A stretch of 59,136 nt of DNA, the filler included, from Callorhinchus milii (lineage: Eukaryota), in NCBI RefSeq assembly GCF_018977255.1. It is 2 parts of 2 records of this genome, joined end to end, with 100 filler letters (N's around TTAATTAATTAA, not from the genome) between each part and the next. Parts side by side here need not be neighbours in the genome. Positions count along the whole stretch, not along the records: positions 29,634 to 59,136 come from NW_024705646.1; 1 more part is not named here. The stretch is one strand, 5' to 3'. Under the pieces are notes generated by a model, which saw only the letters and a program-made list of their open reading frames with translations, made no database searches and was not told the origin of the DNA. The translations under genes and the position numbers were made by a program. Below are positions 49,853 through 59,136 of this stretch, one piece after another. Each line of letters begins with the position of its first letter. Within the stretch, counting starts at the first letter, position 1.

Positions 49853-50541
49853 ATGGAGCAGAGATGCTCTCCACAGCCCCACGCACACGGAGGAAAGAAG
49901 CCATTCAATTGCTCTGTGTGTGGGAAGTCCTTTTCACGGCCATCACATCTTCAGAGACACCAGAGAACACACACGGGCGAGAAGCCATTCCTGTGCCCTG
50001 TGTGTTGGAAGACATTTGCACAATCGACAACTCTTCAAACTCATCAGAGAACGCACACGGGTGAGAAGCCATTCCTGTGCCCTGTGTGTGGGAAGACATT
50101 TGCACAATCGACAACTCTTCAAACTCATCAGAGAACGCACACTGGGAGAAGCCATTCCTGTGCCCTGTGTGTGGGAAGACATTTGCACAATCGACAACTC
50201 TTCAAACTCATCAGAGAACACACACGGGCGAGAAGCCATTCCTGTGCCCTGTGTGTGGGAAGACATTTGCACACTCGTCACATCTTCAGAGTCACCAGAG
50301 AACACACACTGGTGAGAAGCCATTCCCGTGCTCTGTATGTGGGAAGACATTTGCACAGTCATCAACCATGAACAGGCATCAGAAGGTCCACAATGATAGG
50401 AAACTGAAATCAAAAGCTGAAATTCAAGGTGCTGCAATGAGTCCTGAAGAAGTTTCCACCTTCGATCCCATGCAGTTGGATCCCGAGAGATGGCTGGATG
50501 TAATGGAGTGGCTCGAGAGTCAACCAGAGAGCTCGGAGTGA
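49853..50541 (+). pseudogene. C2H2 ZF cassette gene, copy B, 6 fingers plus acidic tail; one 1-bp frameshift near 50144
   Basis: ORFs 49853-50371 and 50077-50541 join into one protein if one base is restored in the third TGEKP linker; may be intact in vivo. Confidence 0.88.
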
Positions 50542-51932
50542 CTGAAAAAATATTATGTCATGTGGTTATACCTATTAAGCCGTATCGAGTACTTTCGTGT
50601 GTAATTTTGACCATTTTAGTTTTACAGTTTTTGAGAGTTTAATGACGTGCACAGTGGTGGTTTGTAATGTTATCGGATTACTTGCCGAAGTGGTGTGATG
50701 AGCACTGGTTGTGAGAGGGTTCAATTGTAGTCGTTAAGTGTTCCTGTTGAGCTAAAGTTGGAATGCGTCTGTAGGTACATCTTTACTCAACATTTTAAAC
50801 GTTTCAGTTTTCAAGTATAAAGTTTTTATGATTGGTATTAATCGACTTTAGATAGCCGATTTCAGGATGTACATTGATGACGCGTTCGTTGGATATATGG
50901 CCTTGACTTCAACAAAGACGCACAGTGAACAAATGTGGTGAACTAATAAGGAAATCATGGGGAATGAAACTTTAACGCTTTGGTATTCCTGGAACGGAAA
51001 TGGTTTGCATTCTACTGGAAATGTGTGAACATAGGAACGTAATAAATATTGCCTTCGAGTTTTGACGTAAAATTATTGCAGATGAATAAAAACGTATTTT
51101 AACAAATGTTTGTCAGTTCTTTATTGTATAATGTTCCTAGCAAAAACATGTTCAGAGAATTTCAGGTGGAGTATCTCCATCACACAAGTGTGTCCTTACC
51201 CGGCAGCATCTTGGCTGTCTACCCAATTAACACGTGTTCCTTGAGGGGAAAGGTCCCCGTAGTTAATCGTTCATCAACGTACCAGTCCCTAATCCCGAAG
51301 TATGTCGGGGATAAACTGTACTCTATAACAAGTAAACTGTAATACTAAAAACGATAACACTAAACATTTAACGATTATAAACGTATAACCATATTCACGG
51401 AGGCAAGGTATTATAATATCATTAGAATAGTGGGATTCGAATAATTGTAGTTCGATTCTAATCCTGCATATCCTATACCCGGTTTGCATATTCACTTACC
51501 ATACATAAGACACCAGTGTGATTTTAATTTGAGCACAGTGCGATTCTAATTATTCTTATTCGATTATAATCCCACTATAACAGTTAAAAGGATTTTACAG
51601 CGTTCATAGGTTATAATATTATGTTTCACTATGTTAGAGCTTAACATGTGAGAGCCTACAACTATCAGAGTTGATCAAATGCGACGATCAAAGGCGTCAA
51701 TAGGGTAAGTTTGATCAGAGTCTTTGATCAAAGGCGTAATCCCATCATGGAACACCACCTCTCTGCGTATATAACAGCAACAGAAGCAGCAACATCACAT
51801 TTCGAGGGCGACGCAGCTACTTTTGATTCTGCTGCTTCTGTGGCCAGGCTGGAAATGATTGCGATGATCACGTCTGAACTGAGAATTAAGTGACTAAATA
51901 CTACTTTGTTTAACCATAACTGTGTGTAGGTT

Positions 51933-52330
51933 ATCTTCTTGGTTCTTTCGGTAAAATAACGTAGAAGGGAAATAATAAAATAATACAAATAAAACAGAAT
52001 AAAAAATTATCACGACGTTTCGGCCACAACGCAGGCAACCGTCCTCAGGTGAAGAACAGGGCTGTCGGAAAGACAGCGTCTGAATGAACACCACCAAGCT
52101 TGGCAGCGTATATTTAAGCTGCAGGGGGAAGGGCGCCTTGACAAGGGAATTTGCATATCAACAGATGAAATTAGAATATTTATGGGAAATGCAGATATGG
52201 GATTAGTCACTACTTGTGGAATGCGTAGGAGGTGGGGGAATCTCAAAGTCATATTATGCCCGTGCATTATGTAGGATTAGCAGGAACAAAGGGAGGAAGT
52301 GGGGTTAGCAGTAATAAAGGGAAGGAATTT
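51933..52330 (-). mobile_element. Penelope-like pLTR fragment with hammerhead
   Basis: TTCTTGGTTCTTTCGGTAAA motif, A-rich tract and hammerhead, matching 34460-34590; right end uncertain. Confidence 0.7.
52010..52052 (-). ncRNA. Minimal type-I hammerhead ribozyme, intact core
   Basis: Minus strand: TCAC-CTGAGGA-C-GGTTGC-CTGCGTT-GTGGCC-GAAAC-GTC-GTGA. Confidence 0.75.
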
Positions 52331-52834
52331 TAATTATAAGGAGCTGCAGCAGCCATACCACCACGTAAAAAACTAAACTATAACCTACATCAATATTATC
52401 AATATACTAAATATACTCTCCAATAAGCTGAGCTACTAACAGGAAGTAATAGTGGACGGGCATGTGAACTTTGCCCGTATGTATGTAATGTGTATGCATG
52501 CCATTTGGACTTGCGAAGCGGGGGGGTCGGATATGCGAACTGGGGCGTGCAGGATTAGGAATCGGATGAAAATTATTAGAATAACACTATGGTAGTATTA
52601 TAATTACACTGAGCTAGAGTGTATGTTATATGTAGATGCGCATTGGGAGTCGTAAATGCAAACTGGGAGGTGCTCGGTTTAGAATAGCATCAAAATGAGT
52701 TTCATAACAACGTGGTCCTATTAGAATCACGCTATCAACAGCTGCTGATGTTCGGGTGGCGGCCGTCGATTCGGGCTCTGCTCTTCATTTCCTCGCCTGG
52801 ATGGTGCCGCGGGATGCAGCGTTTCTGAAGGTGA

Positions 52835-52997
52835 TGTTGTTGTTGCTGCTGCAGTTGCTGCAGTTGCTGCTGCTGCAGTTGCTGCTGCTGCAGTTGCTGC
52901 TGTTGCAGTTGCTGCAGTTGCTGCTGCTGCAGTTGCTGCTGCTGCTGCAGTTGCTGCTGTTGTTGCTGGTACTGTTGTTGCTGGTACTGTTGCTGCT
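52835..52997. repeat. (CTG/TTG)n trinucleotide repeat
   Basis: Expanded version of the GCT/GTT tract in the modular repeat. Confidence 0.9.
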
Positions 52998-55091
52998 TAA
53001 GTTTCAGTGGTGTTCCGTGATAGGATAACAAACTTTGATCAAATACTCTTATCAAACGAGTCGTTACAATTGTAACGAATCATAATTGCACGGGCTTATG
53101 TTGGGTTTGTAAGATAATTCTATATTTACATACTGAATATTGCTATTTGATGCCATTGAGATAGAACATTCACCCAGCAGTGGACAGCTTGATCCTAATA
53201 CCACAAAGTGTTATTCAAACAATTTTAATCCCATCCTGATCCTGCACCTTCCGTTTCACATATCCCACCCTTGGTTCGCACGTCCATATTACATACATAC
53301 ATGTTACATGCATACATGTTACATACAGACATATTACATTCATACATATTACATACAGACATGTTACATACTCACGAGCATAGTGTGATTCTTATAGGAC
53401 CACGGTGTGAAGCTAAGAATTCGAATATCACACTTCAATGTTCGGTGTTCTAATCTGTAACACTAGTTTATTGTTATTTTATAGCGTTATAGTGTATAGC
53501 TCATAGCTTATATTGTTATAGTTCAAAACATTATAGTTTACTAGAACACTAGTTTGTAGTGTTATTTTAAAGCGTTACAATGTATAGCTCATAGTTTAAA
53601 GGTTATATTGTTAGAGTTTATAATGTTAGAGTATGCTCTGTGAGTTTACAATTTGAAAGTTTGTGAACGTGCCCTATTCTCGTGGGACCCGACACGAATT
53701 TGGAAATAATTGCTATGATCATGTCTGAGCTGGGATGAGCGACTAATGTTTACTTTGTTTAATCATAGCTGTGTGTAGGTTAGTGCCATCGGTGCTTAGT
53801 GAATACTACTCATAAATGAACTCATACTTCTTTCGGATATAAATTGAAATCATGTTGGTAGAACAAGTCGCCTGCCTTTTCTAGACGAATTGTTATCTTC
53901 AAGTGTGTCCGTAAATAAACTGCTAAAATACACAGCATAGGGAAGGCTGCCTTGTTGGGGAGATGTAGTTTGGGTAAGGCGCTGTGGCCGGGTGATGACA
54001 CGGATTCTGAAACAATGGAGTTAAACACTCGCTGCTTGGCCCCGTCGACAGCAGCGAAGACTGTCATATACCGCCCCATTTACGAGTTGGCTGTACAATG
54101 TGTATAGTTGAAGGTGTTAAGTGTTGTCTTCTTCTAACAGCTACTAACGTGCGTGTGTTGTCTGTTTTTACGATTTGTCTATTGATGTTGTTTTTATTGC
54201 AGCGTTTATTTGTTGAGTTCTGTCACTTGAGTGTTGCAGTTTGTTTAAGAATTCGTCACGTGAGCGTGGTGTTTTGCATGTGGGAATTTCGCTTTGTCAC
54301 AATTTGTGATTGTTATAATAATTGTAACGTTTCATAATCTCGTGAGTTTATAATGGGTTTGTGCGTGATTTTTATACGATCACACTGTGATTCTATTGCT
54401 TCTAATGATATTATAATACCTTACCTCCATTTATATGGTTATAAATTCAAATACTAGTTAATAATCGTTTAATGTTTAGTGTTATCGTTTATAGTATTAC
54501 AGTTTACATGTTATAAAGTAGAGTTTACCCCGACATACTTTGGGATAAGGGACTGGTACGTTGATGAACACGTGTTTAATCGCGTAGACAGCCAAGATGC
54601 TGCCAGTTCAGGGCACACTTGTGTGACGGAGATCCTCCACCTGAAATTATCTTAACATGTTATTGCTAGGAACATTATAAAATAAAGACCGGACAAACAT
54701 TTGTTATAAATACGTTTTTATTCATTTGGAATAATTCTTACGTCAAAACTCGAAGGGAATATTTATTATGTCCTATGTTCACACTTTTCCACTACAATAC
54801 CAATCAAAAAAAGCTATATACTTGAAAAACCCGTTTAAAATGTTGAGTAAAGATGTACCTACAGACGCATTCCAACTTTAGCTCAACAGGAACACCTAAC
54901 GACTACAACTCAACCCTCTCACAGCCAGTGCTCATCACACCACTTCGGCAAGTAATCCGATAACATTCCAAACCACCACTGTGCACGTAATTAAACTCAC
55001 AAATACTGTAAAACTAAAATGGTCAAAATTACACACAAAAGTACTCGATACGGATTAAAAGGTATAACCACATGACATAATATTTTTTCAG

Positions 55092-55697
55092 TCACCCCGA
55101 GCTCTCTGGTTGATCCTCGAGCCACTCCATTACATCCAGCCATCTCTCGGGATCCAACTGCATGGGATCGAAGGTGGAAACTTCTTTAGGACTCATTGCA
55201 GCACCTTGAATTTCAGCTTTTGATTTCAGTTTCCTATCATTGTGGACCTTCTGATGCCTGTTCCTGGTTGATGAGTCTGCATATGTCTTCCCACACACAG
55301 GGCACAGGAATGGCTTCTCGCCCGTGTGTGTTCTCTAATGACTCTGAAGATGTGATAAGTGTGCAAATGTCTTCCCACACACAGGGCACAGGAATGGCTT
55401 CTCACCCGTGTGTGTTCTTTGGTGTCTCTGAAGATGTGATGACTGTGCAAATGCCTTCCCACACACAGGGCACAGGAATGGCTTCTCGCCCGTGTGTGTT
55501 CTCTGATGAATCTGAAGATGTGATGACCGTGCAAATGTCTTCCCACACACAGGGCACAGGAATGGCTTCTCGCCCGTGTGTGTTCTCTGGTGTCTCTGAA
55601 GATGTGATGGCCATGAAAATGACTTCCCACACACAGAGCAATTGAATGGCTTCTTGCCTCCGTGTACGTGGGGCTGTGGAGAGCGTCTCTGCTCCAT
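55092..55697 (-). pseudogene. C2H2 ZF cassette gene, copy C, 5 fingers, premature TAG in finger 4
   Basis: CAG>TAG at 55335-55337; the downstream frame continues to ..[16 protein letters not shown]. Confidence 0.88.
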
Positions 55698-57443
55698 GTG
55701 AGCGTAGTAACAGCAGCGGTGTTATCGAGTCAAAAGTACTCTATCGGCCGCAAGGATGTTTAACGTTGAGTTTTGGATTTTGTTAACTGCTAAAACAAGA
55801 ACGACACTCGCGTCTAACCGAGACGCAAAAAAATCCCGCTAATTTGACGACGAAAACGTTTAAGAGTTTATCCGCGAAAATAGACACTTACTTGGAGATT
55901 CACGGTATATCGATGTCTGGAACCCGTCTGACTGTCGACTCAGCAATTGTGCTCGCCAGGCTGCGTTGTCTCGCGGTTGAAGGGCGATCAGCAGAGCGAC
56001 GAGTCGAGCGTCCAACCTCGTCAAGTTCCCTCTCGAAATGGCATTGAGCTCTGATTCTGAGCGGCCTTATAACTCCCCCTCTAGGATCCAATCCTTTGTC
56101 TTTCAGGATATTTGCATTCGATTGTTAATTTTGGAAGGTACAATCCGCATGTCTATTAACATACCGAAGGGTAATGTGCCCATTGTGCTTCATGCATGAA
56201 TATGTAAGTGCATCTCAGTGTGTAATTGTGCGCTTATTTTGAATAAATGGAAAAACTTTGTCCTCGATTTAAAATGAATGCAGAGAAATTAACATGTAAC
56301 TTTAGAAAAGGAAGAGAGCGGCCGTCTCGACGAGGGAGTGAAACCCAATAGGTAATATTCTTTCACAGCGTTACAATGGATAGGTTGTAGTTCATAGGTT
56401 ATATTATAATATTTCATTATGATAGAGCTTACCATGTGAGAGTGTACAATATCAGAGTTGATCAAATACGACGGGCGTCAATCGGGTGAGTTTGATCAGA
56501 GGCTTTAATCAAAGGCGTCATCCCATCACGGAACACCACCTCCCTGCGTTTATTACAGCAACAGAACCAACTACAGCAGCAACAACAGCAGCGACAACAA
56601 CAGCAGCAACATCACATTTCGAGGGCGACGCAGCTACTTCCGATTCCGAGTGGATACCTGCTCTCGCAGGACCCCACACGTCTTTGGAAATGATTGCGAT
56701 AATCATGTCTGAGCTGAGAATTAAGTCACTCAAGATTACTTTGTTTAACCATAACTTTAGGTAGGTTAGTGTCATCGGGGCTCTGTGAATACTACTCATG
56801 AATGAAATCACCCTCCTGTATGACCGACATTGTACATATTTTGGTTGATCGAGTAGAACAAGGCACGTGCCATGTCCAGACGAATTCTTATCAACAACAG
56901 TGTCCTTAAATATGATGCTAAAATAAATGTTAACACTGGATTAAATGTGCACCTCTTAACCCCTCCATCACATTTACGACTAGCAATTTGCATTTGCACA
57001 TATAATACATTCACGCACAGTAAAATGCTAATACGACCATATTGTTATTCTAAAACTTGAATGCGATTCCTACCCTGCACCCCCACAGTTCACATATCCA
57101 ACCTCGGTTCGATTGAAAGTACATTTTACATACATATGAGCAGAGTGCGATTATAATACTTCTAATGAGATTAAAATACCGTACCTCCATTTATGGTGGT
57201 TTAAATTATAAAACCAGTTGATAGTTTATAGTCGTTTAATGTTTAGTGTTATTGTTTATAGTGTTATCAATTTACATGTTTTTAAGTACAGGTGATTCCC
57301 GGTATACTTCGGTATTCTGGACCTGAACGTTGCACCGTCTCTCTGGGGACCCGTGTGGGTGTGTAGCGAGTATCACGGGGTGGGCGGGTAGTGTGGTGAT
57401 AGTGGTCACGGTCGGCACCGATGCACGACCACCGCCACCACCC

Positions 57444-58063
57444 CTACTGGGCGGTGGACCTGCCACCACAAAGCAGCACGCGGCGGAGGAGTGAGGCGAT
57501 CGCTCTCGCCACGCGAGCGAGGCCCCTCGCTTCCTCTTCTTTTCGTGCATCTCCACCTGCACCTCTTCCATCTTCTCCTCCGTCTCGTCCTCCTCCATCA
57601 CCTCTTCTTCATCCTCCACCACCATCTTCTCCTCTACCTCCTCCTCCTCTTCCTGTGCCACCTCCATCTTCTTCTCCTCCGCTAGCACCATCTCTTCCTC
57701 CTTCATCTCCTCCTCACCTTCCGGCACCACCATCTCCACCACCGTTTCTCTTCCTCCTCCACCACCATTGTTTCCCCTTTGTCCGTCGTCTTCATGTCCT
57801 CCACCACGACCATCTGTTCATCCTTTGTTGTCTCCTTGTCCTCCATCTCCGTATTGTCTTTCTCCTCTCCCTTCGTGTTCTCTTCCATTGTCACCATCAT
57901 AATCTCGTCCTCCTTTGCCTTCTCTTCCTCCGATTTCTCCTCCTCTGTCTCGACCTCATCCTCCATCATCTCCTTCACCTCTTGCTTCGTCTCCTTCTCC
58001 ACAACGTCTGTCTTCGCTTCAAAGGCCTGGACGAGTGAGGAGGAGGGCTGAGCTGGCTCAGAT
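57444..58063 (-). pseudogene. Duplicate last exon of the Glu-rich gene, two 1-bp deletions
   Basis: Paralog of 40054-40663; frame breaks near 57745 and 57525. Confidence 0.7.
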
Positions 58064-58339
58064 CTGTGAAGAGACAACACGACACCGTTCCACCTTCCTG
58101 CTACGGCAGACATGGCCATCTTCCCATCGTCCGTAGGTGGAATGTGTGGCGGATTAATTCGAGCTGAATAGAAACAGCAATAACGACATGGCCAGTGATT
58201 GTGCTTAGTATTGGTGCTGTCATTCTCATGGCGCCAGGCTATCCTTGAGATATGTGCAGCTGTGTCTCACACAGACTGCTGTAGTTTCACAGTAGTGGGT
58301 AGCGTTGCTGTGCAAATTTAGCTGAATAATTTGAAGTGA

Positions 58340-58550
58340 CATTTTTGGTTCTTTCGGTAAAGTCACGTTTCGATTGCAACACAAGCAATCATCATCAGGT
58401 GGGAAAACCACAGAAATAAACTTTCTTGCAATAACGACATGGCCATCGAAACGTCGTGATTTAATTTATTTTATTTCATACCTATGTGAATTTACCGATA
58501 TAACCAAAGAGTATGGATCCCTGCAGTCACGAAAAATGAAAATCTAGATT
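58340..58550. mobile_element. Paralogous inverted pLTR pair; hammerhead truncated at its cleavage triplet
   Basis: Matches 41365-41615, with a deletion joining AAGTCACG directly to TTTCGATTGC. Confidence 0.7.
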
Positions 58551-59136
58551 GACATTTTTCTATATGTATATTCTAATTGACCCTTGCACATAATGTGCTA
58601 AGCATTTCAAATGGCATCGATAGAGATCCTGAACGTCCACTGTGACGGAATGGGTGTGGATCTGTGTGGTCAATGCAGCAGCAATAATAGCCAGGGCGGG
58701 AAGCAAGATCTGAACTGTAAGCGGTGAAGAATGAGTGCACGACCATTTGGCCGCTTCAACACATCCACGATTTCAAAAAAGTGTCCGTCAGTGATTTGTG
58801 GTCGAGAGAGCCACCTCCCTTGACGTCGAAGGCATCTCAAAGTGCATTGCATGCGATGAGCCTCTCGCATCTCTCATCTCATCGCGTTTTAAGTTGGACA
58901 CCCCTCTCAGTGGTAGCTGTCGCTGTGCATTACAAGGCGACTTGGCAGCTGGCCTGGCAACAGGCGATAGACAGCGAAAATCTCACGGTGGATGGAGGGT
59001 TACATGGTGAAGATATGCCCACTTCGTTATGTGGTCTAACACAGAAACCAGTTATGAAAAATAAATCTGTCCACAGTATAGCGGAATGTACACGTGGAGT
59101 TTGCAGTGTCTGTGAATTTTGAGAGCGCGACAGGGC

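Larger units (their letters stand above)
48140..51560 (-). repeat. ZF cassette copy B, inverted relative to copies A and C
   Basis: Reverse-complement match to ~36900-39945 and ~54420-57335. Confidence 0.92.
54420..59136 (+). repeat. Segmental duplication copy C (runs off the window end)
   Basis: Direct repeat of ~36900-42197 lacking the 409-bp insertion. Confidence 0.92.

Noticed and set aside
52735..53055. Poly-glutamine ORF
   Set aside because: It is an expansion of the trinucleotide tract in the modular repeat; no domain or splice support.

Overview
Eukaryotic (vertebrate-type) DNA made of two unrelated-looking contigs joined by an artificial 100-bp spacer (44 N + TTAATTAATTAA + 44 N, 29534-29633). 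The left contig (1-29533) looks like cartilaginous fish (inference from its repeats and genes). It holds an intact six-coding-exon TRIM (RING/B-box/coiled-coil/PRY-SPRY) gene, more than a dozen copies of a tRNA-head/Deu-domain/L2-tail SINE, L2 and CR1 LINE fragments, minisatellites, local duplications, and a GPR139-like GPCR whose two halves lie on opposite strands. The right contig (29634-59136) has no recognisable copy of that SINE. It holds four KRAB-less C2H2 zinc-finger genes or pseudogenes (three in an amplified direct/inverted cassette), a spliced Glu/Lys/Arg-rich gene with a partial duplicate, Gypsy remnants and an unclassified modular repeat. It also carries a family of short Penelope-like elements with covarying minimal type-I hammerhead ribozymes, one with a 15-bp target-site duplication and an empty paralogous site inside the window. 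All calls come from reading the sequence by eye; repeat boundaries are approximate.
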